Origin: Takakia lepidozioides
Lineage: Eukaryota; Plantae; Bryophyta
Direction: 5' to 3'
Assembly (NCBI GenBank): GCA_030704615.1
Contig: CM060732.1
Location: 42,780,001-42,844,000 of the forward strand
Length of the DNA: 64,000 bases
The notes under the pieces were generated by a model, which worked only from the letters and a program-made list of their open reading frames with translations, was not told the origin of the DNA and did not search any database. A program made the position numbers and the translations under genes. Positions 37,708 to 50,040 of the stretch are shown piece after piece (position 1 is the stretch's first letter; every line of letters begins with the position of its first letter).

Positions 37708-39004
37708 ACTTCAGTTTGACCCCAATGAGTGGGCCTGGTTATTCTCTCGAACAACAGAACCATTTTTTCTAAAAGGACTTACAAAGCCATTGCCGCTCCA
37801 CTTCCCCTCTCAGCCAAGTGGAAATGATAAATGGGCATCCTATGGCTTTCAAGCACAAAATTGGAAGGCCATCTGGGCTAAATCTAGACCAGCAAAAATT
37901 TCGGCATTTCTCTGGCAGATTGCTAATAAAGTTCATGTCGGTGAGTGGCTTCAGTTTCAAGATGCCCTCCTTTGCTCATGCTGCTCCTTTGGTATAATGG
38001 AAACTCTAGAGCACTGCCTCCTATTTTGTCAGGCCCCAGCCAAGGTCTGGCCTTTTGCGAAGCAATTCTATTCACATTGGGACAATCAACCATTGTCACC
38101 GATTAACTTGCTTCTTAATTATGATATGGGATCCAAGAACAGAGCCTTTCACTGCCCTATTTTCGAATGTCTGAGAGGCTCTACACTTTGGCATATCTGG
38201 AAATCAAGTTGTGCCTGAACTCTCTCAGGCAAAATTTGCTCTATTTCATCCATACTCTCCCGGGTTTTTTTAGGACCTTCAGATTGAAGCAAGGAGGGCA
38301 TGGTCTAAACTGTGTACAGATATGGCGAGGAAGCCCCAACAGGCAGATGCTCTCCACTCAGTCTTGGGTCTTCCGATCTACATGGGCCAGAGATGGCTAT
38401 ATCTGCAACAGTCCCTCACCATCAAACCGCACCTGGACAGCGCTTCCACCAGTCACCTGAAGAAACATCGGGACGGCCCTCCATGATGTCGCCAGAATTT
38501 GAGAGGGAAATCAACTGGCGCCACATCCGAGCATCCAGCGAACTCCGCTTCACTTAGGCAGTAACAATCTCCAATTCCTTCGCTTCTCTGTTTTGCTTTT
38601 CAAATGCTCGGCCCTCCAACATCTTCTGTCCCACACTCGACACACTTCGGTGCAGTCTTCTTCAACACCCTACCAAACTTTAGGGTTGCTAGGGCCAATG
38701 CTACCCTGCTTGATGACACTCCCTAGTAGTTCTCTCAGGCGATCTACCTGATTCTCCTCCACCCCCTAAGGGATGTACCCAAGTAGGGCTTCTCAACGAC
38801 AGGGTCTCTGTCTCTCCACTCGGGAGGTTAGTTCTATTCTGTCAATTCCCTTCGGAGGTTTGTTCAACTGTCACTGATCACGGTGTGTGTACCTCTATGG
38901 TGTATGACGGGGTTTTAATTTTTTTCCCCTAATAATCTTCATAAAGTTCGGCCAGGGCCTTTGCCCCTGTTCTCTCAAAAAGAATAAAAAAAGAATAAAA
39001 AAAA
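37708..39004 (+). mobile_element. 5'-truncated L1-like LINE: ORF2 C-terminus (zf-RVT), 3' UTR and A-rich tail
   Basis: WKAIWAKSRPAKISAFLWQIANK...CSCCSFGIMETLEHCLLFC..VW is the zf-RVT region. The tail is ctcaaaaagaataaaaaaagaataaaaaaaa. Confidence 0.85.
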
Positions 39005-39065
39005 TGACAATAATACTAAGAATATGTGTACAATCATTTATGTGATTAATTAGAGAAACTATATG

Positions 39066-42000
39066 GGTGGATAGAATTATAGGGCACCAAATGGCGCTCC
39101 GCAGCTCGCGGAGAGAGCCGCAACGGTCTTTTCGTCTCTCCCGATTTCTGTTCCTTGTTTCTCAGATTAGGACTTGTCTCTCTATTGTTTTATCAACATT
39201 ACTGAATTCTCTAGGACTCAAGCTTCATTTCTATAGGTTATTTGTCCATGTTCCTTTTTCTTTCGCAGCTTTCACCACTTCTTGAAAATTTGCTTTTCTG
39301 TGATCTGTTCATCCCCTTTCCTTTAAACCATGCTCTATCAGGCGGCGCTCTGATGCCTGCCCAGTCAGAGAAGCGATGGCTAATTAAGATCCGGCCAGCC
39401 AGTCAATAGTCCCTAACGCGGGAATTAGCTCCCTCACTCCTTCACTCTCTTCACTCTGTTTTTCTCGTTCTAAGTTTTGGTCTTTCTTTTTGTCTGTTTT
39501 GCATCCTCACTATCATTGTGCTCGAGTAATCACGTTATGGGTCCCAGCGGTCAGGCTAACCTCAAGATGAAGGGCAAAATGGAGAATCGCCATTCCAAGG
39601 ACCCTATGCAGCCTCCTTGCAGATCATTTGCACCATCGTCAGGGACTGGTTTTTTCCTAGCTCATCAGGCTCAGTTTAAATCTGCAGGCTCGGCAGGGCT
39701 TGTAAGGATTCCCCCCCACCGCCCCTCTTTCTCCTTCTACAATCCCCCCTCCCCTCTGCTACCCCTTCTCAAAATGCCCCGACTAAATCCTGCTATGCTT
39801 GGAATCCCTCCCCCGTCCCCCCAAGCGGAAGACCTTGCAGATGAAACTGCTACGAATCAGGACGCCATAAACAAGGACTATCCTCTTGCGGATATTGATA
39901 TTCCGACCTTCTCGATCGAGTGTCATCCATGGAACAACATGGGATCCTCATTCACTTTCCTGGCAAGAAAGTAGACAAGGCCCATGTAAGGGACTGGGCG
40001 ATCAGGCATCTTGGAGGCCATGGTGAGCTGAGACAACAATTTTGTCACTACAAGGGTCGTGGATTTTATTCCATATTGTTTGAAACAGCAGAGGCAGCTG
40101 CTCAGGCTCTTTGTTTCAATCCTCACACAAGAGGTTTTAATGTTAACATTTTTCCATGGAACTCCAACGGAAACAGAAATGGTAAGTTATGGGGCCCAAG
40201 AATTGTTTCTTTACCTTTTATCCCTGATCAATACCTAGTTAACTTGCCGGATATAGCTAAGCTGTTTGGATTCTACCTTGGATGCCTAGCTGTTTTCGAT
40301 CCTCAGATGGATACAGGAAAACTCAGACAGAATCCGGCGTGGAAGGGAGCTACCATAGCATCCAGACTCCATGAGACAGGGTCTGCAAAAATGGTGCTTG
40401 TCATGCCAAATGAAGATATCCTGCCTAACTATGTTAGCTTACCTATTGATGACAAAGGTAACTACTACACTGTTCGTCTAATTGAAGACTGCTCATCGGT
40501 GGCTTGCTTCAACTGCGGTCAACTGGGGCATATCAAGTGGACTGCCCAACAGGGAAAAGAAAGCGCTCTCCAGCAAATGTGCCAATTGACAATCAAACCA
40601 GGATGGTGAATGACAAAGCCTCTCCCCTGGGCCACAACAACTGCCGGATGCTGAACTACAGGAACCCTTCCTCCTCCCATCCTGTCCTCCCAGTGATCAC
40701 CTACAAGTCAGGAACCATGGAGGAAACCCAAGGATCCAGAATAGCAGCATGGACCCTATGCACCTGGAAGCAGGCTCCTCTTCTCACAGGCAAGTACTGG
40801 GGCCGAAGGACAAGTTCAATGCTAAACTACAGGGACGAGCTCCACCATCAACACCAAGAGCTCAACCTTCTGTAATGGTGCATTCACCTAAAGTCCTCAC
40901 AGGCATCGCCAACAACCCCACTTTTGCAAAAATATGCCTTAGACAAGCCTCGTTTCCAGGCCTTGACTTGAAGGGCTGCTCGACCTTGGAATCCACGGAG
41001 GCACCAACAGCAACGTGTATCACACCAATCATCTACAGGAAAGGGAGAACACCATCCTTGCTCATCACCTCTGATGACTGGGAGTTTGTTGAATCACTGT
41101 GGGTCACAACAGAGGATGTAAGGCAATTCAAAAGGACTTGTCCACCTGACAGCAGCCCTGACATCATGATAAAAAACAAAATACAGGAATTCTTACGGGA
41201 ATTCCAGCCACACTGCTTGCTGGCACCAACAACAACACTTCACTGGGGGGGCTTACCTCGAGGAGCATCCAGGGCTTAGCTGCAAACCATCCACGCATGT
41301 TCTGGCTTTGATGGAGGAGGCAGATATTTACCATTTGCATCCACCCCTTGGGGCTTTATGGGTTTATGAACAATGTCTGGACACACCAGGAGGAGGACAC
41401 AGACTCCAAATCAAAAACCAAGATACCTTGATCAATGCATTCCAGATTGTGAATGCAATTTTTGATGCCGACATTGACGAGGAGAACCATAAGATGGAAT
41501 TGCAAAGAACAAGAGACTACCTTGCAGGGGTCAAACCAGTAACACCACCCTTGTCTTCATCTGACGACGGGGGAGACTCCCCACTCAGTCGAGCTCAACA
41601 CAGGCAAGACGAGGTGCTTGCATCTACAGTCAAAGATCTACGCAATTCCCCCCAGGTCAACAACACCTCAACCACCCAAGCGCCGCACGGAAGTCGGGTC
41701 CCCCCACCAAGTGCATCCATCTCTGCAAACTCTAACGCTCAGATATCAAACGGAAGCCTCGAATCGCAGCTGCCAGCCATCATAAGTTCTGCTCCACCTA
41801 GGGGAATCAGGGCCTCATCTGCTACAGTGAATCCCCAGACTCCTGCATCTGGTCCGACCTGCCACCTCCCTCATGGAGGGGACTTCGTGCAACACTCCAC
41901 CGCGTCTCCCGAGTTTGAAAGGGACATTAATTGGAAACATCTTAAGTGTTCCACAAAAGCCTCACGGCTTCACTATACTCAGGGATAGGTAGCCTCAGTC

Positions 42001-42302
42001 AATATTCAGGAAGACACTTTTAATGCCCACATAACTGCTTTATTATTCCGACAATCTAGACTTAAGGTCGAGGATCATGGTCCATACAAATCGGTAGGAA
42101 CCGATAAGGTCGCAAGTTCAATTCCAGTCAAGGAGGTTTCGACAGATTCCCTTTACAAGGGGTCAAGGTTCGTTCTTTCACTGAATACGGTGTGTGTGCC
42201 TCATGGTGTAAAAGGGGGTTTTAATTTTTTTCCCCGAATAATTTGCAATAAACCTAACCAGGGCCTCTGTCCCTGTTTACTCAATAAATAAATAAATAAA
42301 TA
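39066..42302 (+). mobile_element. ORF1-only LINE derivative (non-autonomous retroposon) with a 10-bp TSD
   Basis: The TSD AAACTATATG lies at 39056-39065 and 42303-42312. There is a (TAAA)n tail, and the 3' UTR is homologous to 38870-38978. No APE or RT motifs were seen. Confidence 0.8.
39537..41988 (+). pseudogene. LINE ORF1 (gag-like, CCHC knuckle), frameshifted, ending in an ORF2-tail-like peptide
   Basis: An ORF1-like N-terminal region (HYKGRGFYSILFETAEAA), the knuckle CFNCGQLGHIK(VDC across a frameshift), and the C-terminus SPEFERDINWKHL. Confidence 0.7.
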
Positions 42303-45300
42303 AAACTATATGTTCCCAGCAAGTTTCTTGGGAACAATCCATGATATTTAAAAAAAAACAATGTCGCTCACACCACCACACCGGGTGTTTCTCTTTCTCT
42401 TAAATTTAAATTTTTAAAAAAAAAGAAAAAAAGGTGCAAAGTGAGAAGCTGGCCCATTACCTTTGGGGTCACTAGTTTATCTCGAAGTGGTGGTGATCAG
42501 TCATTATGCAGGATGCCAACTACTTTCACTACTTCCAGGATGGGGCTTGTTCTTGCAGGGATTACTGGTGAAATGAGCAACACTGATGGAAAAAGAGGTG
42601 AGGTGTGGAAAGTTATAATCGACTCTTGTTTTTGTTTGGGAAAGTGGAAAATATGGCCTCAACAAGGTTGAAAGTTGAGGCCTCACAAGGTTGAAAAAAC
42701 CAGTGTGCAACCTAGCCAAGACTAGAGTTCTCACTGGGTTCTGAGGTACAAAGGTGTGTCTGATGGTGGTCTGTCTCCTGCTCGAGTAATAACAAACACA
42801 TCCATTGAAAGCTCTCTTGCATGCTACCTCACCAAGTTGTTCCCATCACACAACAGAGCTACATTGATGCGAAAAAATTTCCACGGTTAGTGCTTGTTGC
42901 CGTTACAGCATTCATCTTCTGTTATAGTCAGCATCACATAAAATTCATCTCGTCATTCTCACAGTGTGAGAAATTAACAAGAGCCCAAGCCCCACAGCCA
43001 TCGATATGATCCCGACACATGTGAACCGTGATCTCCAAATCTGCTCCCTTGAACACTCCCCCTTTTGCCCTCTCCCAAGCTTGATCCTGCCCAGGTGTAT
43101 ATGATCTATTGGTGCTGCTTGATCTTTGTGGCCTGCCTCCACCTGGAAATTGACTGCCATAGGATCTGCAGTCATAAGCTGGAGTGAGAGGGGTATATTT
43201 AAAAAAGAGGGGGAAGGGGAGGTGGGGAGAGAGAGATGGAGATGGAGTAGCCAGGCACACCCACTACAGTGAGCTCATAAGATTCTCACTGTAAGTCTCA
43301 CATAGAACATGATCACCACCTTGGGCCTATTTCACATGTCACTTCTGAAGACATTTCTCTACTATCCAATTGTATACCATCAAAAACTAAGATTCAGTGG
43401 TTTTGCAACAGTAGTTAGTTTATACAAGTGTGACAGTGTAAGAACAGGCCATTGCGTGAGGTTGAAAATGTCTACCTGCATAGCATTCTTGGTGAATGTC
43501 TGTACAGTTTGCTGAGAGGAGATACTCTCCAGCCGTCAGGCCTACAAAAGTCACCGAGGATCGTATCGGAGTTTTCCAAACAGGTGGGTCTTCTGTGCAA
43601 CCTACCTCAACCGAGACAAGTTGAAGCCAGATGCTGCAAGCTGCCTTGCACTCAATTACATCTGCTCCTTCAACTGTTACTGTATGTATGGTATCTGGTA
43701 AAAAGAATCCTGTACCAACCCCAAAGATGTGAAAACTTAGCATGGTGGAGGAATGATGATGGTGTAGGGAAGCCCAGCAGCCCCAAGCCGGGATGTACTG
43801 TCCCTATCAATCAACAGAGCCTAAAAAGAAGCAATACCAGAATGTGAGCGACCTGTATAATGTACAAGAGGGTCATCAAGCAGATGTGCTGGAGTTTCAA
43901 TGAATGTTCATGTGCTTGTCAGTCAAGGACATTGTAAAAACTACAGATATGTTGTCATAAGAAAACTTGACTACATTTAGCCATCCAGTTTTGCAGAGGT
44001 GTATGCACTACATTTGTCAAAAAAGCTTTCACAAAAGAGTGAAAGGTTACATGGAGGAACCGACCAGCAGATTCAGCAGATGCAGCCGGCGTTGTTGCTG
44101 ACCAACCATCATCCCCATAGGCTTCAGCAATTTCAGAAGGATTTGACCGTGCAAGGGCGGGCCGTTGAAGTACACAAATCTGCACTGAAACCAAAGATGT
44201 TAACTAAAATTCGAGGCAAGTGAGGATTGTTGGACCCTCCTTAAGAACCTGGTAGTCAAGCATCACACGCATTGTGGTATCATCTTAGGGAATTAAGATG
44301 CAAGAAGAGCCTGCTGAGGTCTTCTTAGTAGCGCACTGTTCCTGCATTCAACAATACTAGGAGACTTCTCTTGATGTCAAACTCCCAAACCATCCAAAAA
44401 AATCAACAATTACATAATACGAGGGCAAGATGGAGAAGCAAATGCCTTCAGCTCTCCAACACCGCCAGTAGTTTGTAGGTTCCACTTGAACTACATGATG
44501 TACGACATATAGCAGCAAGTGCAGCTTTTGATCATTCCTCTGACACTTGATGTGTTGAGCGCTAGAGCATGCAACCATACATTTTAAAGACATCTGATTC
44601 AAACAGTTTCCTGTTTTACTAACTAGACTTGCATTATGCTGGTCAAGAGATAATTTACTGTCAAAGAAGCAATCAGACAGTCCCTTAGGGTGGACGCATC
44701 ATCCTTTAACTGCACCTTGCGATTCTATAACTTTCCAGAAATGGATGGTACTATGGGGGATTCCCTGGTCAATGTCCCATCACACGAAATTGTCTCATGT
44801 CTCAAGCGTATGTCCCATGTGGTGTTAGCACGTTCCAGTCTCTCTTTTGTATGAATGTGTGAAACAGAATGTGATTCAATTCATGAAGTTAGCCCATGCA
44901 TTGGCCTCTCACATGAAAGCTCTGTTCATATGAGAAAAGTGGTCATTTGTGTGAGATTTTTCCAGAACACCTGAGTTTCCAAATGTATCTTTCACAATAC
45001 CAGTGGCGAACTGCCTGAATATGGGAGAAGTTTTCTTCAGGGACTGTGTGCACCCTTGCCTCTTCAGCTACTTCTGACCATTTCCTGATATGATCTCTAA
45101 TATATGTCCAAATTACTCTGTTCATCTAGTTCGGTTTGCCACTCTTATTCACAGCAGTGCAGTTGCTGTGATCTGCGTGCACCGGGGTGCAAGAGAGCCA
45201 GTCTGCCGACTAAAACTTTGGAAAGCTCTCCAGGAAGCAGAGGCGTACTCATGGAAAAAATGCTGTCCCGCCTGCTCAATTCGAATTTCCAATGCCAATA

Positions 45301-47741
45301 GGAAAATTTCACACAGACGCAGGAACAACATTAAATCTTAAACCGGTAGGCAGTCATGATTTGCGTGCAGAATGGAAAAAGTTGAGGCGGTCGTCCTTAC
45401 CAAGCAATTCTTCACCGATAGTGTGCCGTAAGCGATTACGACGATGATCATCACAAGAGCGAGCACACGATTGAACTGAACGTCCATCGAAAGTCCTGCA
45501 GAGCGAGAAATGCGCCAACCTACAGGTCCGCCATCGCCCCTCTTGCACCCGACCTCTTCGTCATCGGTCCCTTCTACTTGAAGCTTCCCGCGACGCAGCC
45601 TGGCATCTTCTTGTGAATATTCGTTTGAACGTTCGTTTTTAGATTCTTAACAGTGATGCGAGTCTCGTCGACGGAGCAGACGAAATTGGATCCAAGCCTT
45701 CTTCCCCTCAATTAGCAGACGGAGTGAAACATCTCAGTCTCTTACCCTCAAAGGTGAGGGAGCACCTTGCCTTCGAAATATGCCGCAAAACTGGGATGGA
45801 TGCCAAGAGAAAGAGGAGTGGACAAGTCCCCAGACCTGTGCTAAATCATAATGATTTTGGAGTGACTGTTGAGCTCTTAGCAGGTCTGCTAGCTTATGGC
45901 ATACTATGCTATTCCCAAAAGACACTACAATTGAAGAACTAGGACAAAATTTCTTCGATTTTGATTATCGCCAGAACCACGCAGTGACAACCTGCAAAGA
46001 TGGCGGTTGCGAGAGAGGGAGGGCACAAGCGAACACCAAGATGAGGCGGCATGTGGGCCCACTTATTACTGGAGGAAGCAAATGGCGATGGCATGTGGGC
46101 CTGGCGACCCCACAATAGATTGTAAGCTTGGATGGAAAGGTGCTAGTGACGTTGCACCGCATATATGTCGGAGCTCTTGAACTCAGACATGTACTGAGAA
46201 TACTGAACTCAAAATATGTACCCCGAGTCCTTCAAAAAATAAATCAACCAAAGCGAGCTAGACGTCCAAGAGGCTGTCTGAAGGAGGGCAGCTGAACGGA
46301 AAGGCAGAAATGTGACACTGGCAGAGAGAGAATGATCGCAGACATTTGAATGTTCACCATTCGCCTCAGCCTAGAGACCCTCTCCACGTCAAAACTGTGG
46401 TTGCTTGGTTTTTGACCTGCAATATCGTATCTTCGCCCTGTGAGTGGACGCCCTGCAGAGATTGTAAATCAAACTGAAACTTGTAGGCGTGTTCTCGCTG
46501 GACGTTAGACCGCTCTCGTCAACTTGTCCACGCCCGCGGCACAGCTCTTGGGAAGATCGACAACCTCGTAGACTAATTACAAGTTCTGTATGCTCCAAGT
46601 CAGTCTACATTTGACATTGAACTGTGAACAAGGAGAGTCCACAGTCCCGTTGACGTTGAATAGGCCCGGGCCCGAGCAGGACCCGAGCGGTTCATGGCCG
46701 CTCATGAATCTCATGCATGTGTCAATATATTTGTGTGCACAAAGAAATTGGATTAGATCATCCTACTGTTCCAGTCCGGTTTTAGTGATCAAGTATGAAA
46801 CTTCGTAAGATTGACTTGGCTTGAAAAATTTCGCTGGACGAAGCATATGACCAGTTAACACATGTTCCTTCGTTTGCATTCTTGTCTGCATGTGTCTTTT
46901 AGTGTGAGACACTGGAAGTTTGGTATGATTCCAGTGAGCACTTGAGAGACGTCTCAGGCAGGTACAAACAAGTGCAGCTGTGCAGGTGTTTGTTATAGGA
47001 GAGCGCTCTTCTCCTTTATAAACCCTAGCCTAGGCAGAGGAGCAATTGAGTCTTTTGGGCGTGAGGGTATAGTTGAATCTATTGGTGTGTCCCGGATTCA
47101 AGGTGGTGTTTGACACAAATCCCAGTAATCAGCACATGCCAATGCCAGCACGCACTGGGAAGATGACGTGCACCCACACACTGGTCAGAATTTCGCCGCG
47201 AGCCTTCTCCATATCAATATTAACTACGGAGATGGTCAGGTGTTAGGGGCTTGGGCGCTTAAGGGTTTAGTTAGCTTCATTGAAGAGCCCCTTCAGTGAA
47301 GTGAAATTGCTGCGGGGGAAGTGGAAATCTGGTCCTGGCTACCATGACTGCGCAGAGGAATAACTGAAGGACAGTTCTGACAATTGTACTGTAAATAAAG
47401 GCCCAGCATCATGATAGACTGGACAGGGGTCCAAGGTTTGAAAAACAATTATATGTTATGTCATTTCAACATGTTGAACCGCGCAACTCCTTGCTCGTAC
47501 ATTGCAACATTCGATCTCTGGATTGAACATCAAAAGAAACAGCTACATTTGGCTTCCAGAGATTCCTAACTATGTTGCAAGTCAGATCCACTTGCAAAAC
47601 TTGGAACGCCACCTAGAACTCGGTAGATTACCCATGAAAGGGACCTCAATACCGACACTGAAGGTGCCTAACTTGAATTTCCTCCTTGCTAGAGCACATG
47701 ACTGAAAACTTCATCATAGTTTCTGGCTGTGTGCAAAATAG

Positions 47742-48812
47742 TTACGTACAATGACATCCTTGAAGAGAGTCCAGATCTATGGCTTTCGATGCAACATCCG
47801 GTCCCTTCACCATCGGAACCAAATATGCTTGGCTTCTGATTATTATGTTGCTCACCCGAAAACCAGGAAGAACCATGAGACCAACTTCCAAGGCCAAAGA
47901 TGAATCGTCATCGCGCAAGTACGTTGCATCAAATGCAACACCGGTCGGAACTCGAAAAATCCTTGCTATGGGATTGAAGGAAAACACCAGCCGGTGGACC
48001 AGCCAGACGGACCAAGCAAGATGGAAGAAACTCCGGTATAAGCTGCTCTTGGAGTGTTTACAAACTGATATATCCTGTATGATGTCTTCAAAGAACATTG
48101 CACCAAGCAAACATTTCTTCTCAAGTGAATCTGCGATTTTTGAAAACTTTTGAAAGCAAAAACTACTAAACATGTTATGAGAATACTTATTTTGCACCTC
48201 GTTCCACACAGTTTCAGACGAAAGCATAGATTGATATTGGCGAAAGAAATCGTCCCTTTGCTTCTCGGCATCCAAAGTTGATGGCATGCAATCATCAATG
48301 TTGTAGTACTCGTTTTCAAAGCCTCCAACATATCGGCATACGAAAGCCTGTAGCGCATACTTGCAATGAGCTCGCCTCTGAAAGGCCAGCCCGGGTACAA
48401 GATTAGAAGCTGCCTGTTCCACATCATTCGTGGTCATTTTGAAGGTAAGTTCCCTTATGAAACTGTTGGCAGCTTCCAGCACCCCTAACGCAGCAGACTG
48501 AAGGAGCGGGGGAGTAGCTCCTGCGTCCAGATAAGGCCCACCCGCGATATACAATTTAGCGTTTTGTTGCTCCAGTGATCTCAGTAGTTGCTCCAAATTC
48601 TCGTTTTGGTCTCGCGTGCTGATGAGAATCTCAGTAAGATGCTTGATTTGTTCGTCCTTTTTCCTCAAATCATTTTGGGTGACTTGCTGTGCAGAAGAAA
48701 GTTTCCCACACGTCTCACTCAATTCATACTTAAGAGGCAACTGGCTCGTAGCTCGATACGGTGTTAGATTTGATGGTAGAGTACATATCGATGGGTGACT
48801 ATCAAACTGCAT
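47742..48812 (-). CDS. GIL1/IRK-interacting (DUF641) family protein, coiled coil plus C-terminal domain; first ~24 aa come from repeat X
   Basis: Coiled coil NDLRKKDEQIKHL; KYALQAFVC..GFENEYY; FSSFCFQKF; YRSFFHLAWSVWLVHRLVFSFNPIARIFRV; VGLMVLPGFRVSNIIIRSQAYL. Confidence 0.8.
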   Translation of the reverse strand: MQFDSHPSICTLPSNLTPYRATSQLPLKYELSETCGKLSSAQQVTQNDLRKKDEQIKHLTEILISTRDQNENLEQLLRSLEQQNAKLYIAGGPYLDAGATPPLLQSAALGVLEAANSFIRELTFKMTTNDVEQAASNLVPGLAFQRRAHCKYALQAFVCRYVGGFENEYYNIDDCMPSTLDAEKQRDDFFRQYQSMLSSETVWNEVQNKYSHNMFSSFCFQKFSKIADSLEKKCLLGAMFFEDIIQDISVCKHSKSSLYRSFFHLAWSVWLVHRLVFSFNPIARIFRVPTGVAFDATYLRDDDSSLALEVGLMVLPGFRVSNIIIRSQAYLVPMVKGPDVASKAIDLDSLQGCHCT

Positions 48813-50040
48813 TGATGGTGCATGTTATGTGTTCGGTTAAGATGAAATGATAGATATCAATGTCGACTTTAGTCCATCCAAATTTGAAAATGAACCGTCG
48901 GACGACGGACGATCGTTTAGCTCCGGGCAATATGCTATTTTATTGTTTTTTAAATAATTATTTATTTTATAAATCTAAGGTTCGAGCATTGGACGATGGT
49001 GATTTTTATTATTTATTTATTTATTTATTTTTAATGTAGTTGGGATGACTACTAGGCGACGGCGACTGTCGGATGACAGTGGCCAAGCAATTTATTTTTA
49101 TTTTTATTTTTATATTTTTGTGTTTTGTTTTTGTCCATCGGACCGTTTTGCGACGGTGACGGCCGGATGATAGTTGGGTGACCGTTGGTTGACCCCGCGG
49201 TCCCGTCGCCATACCGACGGCGACCGCAAAGCGACGTGACAGCCCTCTCAAATTACTAAAATTAAATCTAATTGAATTTTTTTTCACGCGTATAATTTCC
49301 GGCAGACGTGGATACTTATGTGTCACACTCCCCTGCCCCTCCCTCGGTACCCAAAAATCGAGGAGTGGAAATAGAGTGGAGACATAGCAGCTCGATGGAG
49401 GCACTGATCTGTTAGGTCAAATTCCTGCAACCGCCATCCTGCAGCCTACATTCACTTAATTCCTAATAGGGCCGGATCTAAGGGCACTCATATGCAGGGC
49501 CCTCGTCTGTCTCTATTTATAGGGCCCTCGAATCCGGTGCCAAAATATGACTGATGTGGGCATTATGACCCTAGCTGATAGCTTGATACGGTGCTTGGTT
49601 TGATGAGAGTACATATTGATGGGTGACTATCAAATTGCATTGGTGGTGTATATTATGTGTTCGATTAAAGTGAAATGATAGATATCAATACCAACTTTAG
49701 TCCATCCAAATTTGAAAATGTCGGACGATGGACGATCGTTTAGCTTAGGGCGACATGCAGTTTTTTGTTTTTCTATTTTAAATAATTATTTATTTTATAA
49801 ATCTAAGGTTCGAGCAACCATTGGATGACGGTGATTTTTATTATTTATTTATTTATTTTTAATGTCGTTGGGATAACTGCTAGGCGACGGCGACGGTCGG
49901 GTGATAGTGGCCATGCAATTTATTTTTATTTTTATTTTTGTGTTATTCTTTTGTCCATACAACCGTTGTACGACGGTGACGGCCGGCCGATAGTTGGGTG
50001 ACCGCTAGTTGACCCGCTATATCGACGGCAACCGCAAACA
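48740..50040 (-). repeat. Inverted copy of the composite X-Y-X repeat, abutting the DUF641 ORF
   Basis: Reverse complement of 32490-33700. ORFs 47742..48812 and 32809..32994 start with nearly the same peptide, MQFDSHPSICTL.SNLTPY.ATSQ. Confidence 0.85.

Noticed and set aside
42095-42130. tRNA T-arm/B-box-like aaggtcgcaagttcaattcc in the LINE 3' UTR
   Set aside because: No A box or cloverleaf can be built, and it is too short to call a tRNA or SINE.
42440-46200. Possible host gene or pseudogene on the minus strand
   Set aside because: Coding-like composition, but only short ORFs with no motif I can recognise and no consistent exon chain.
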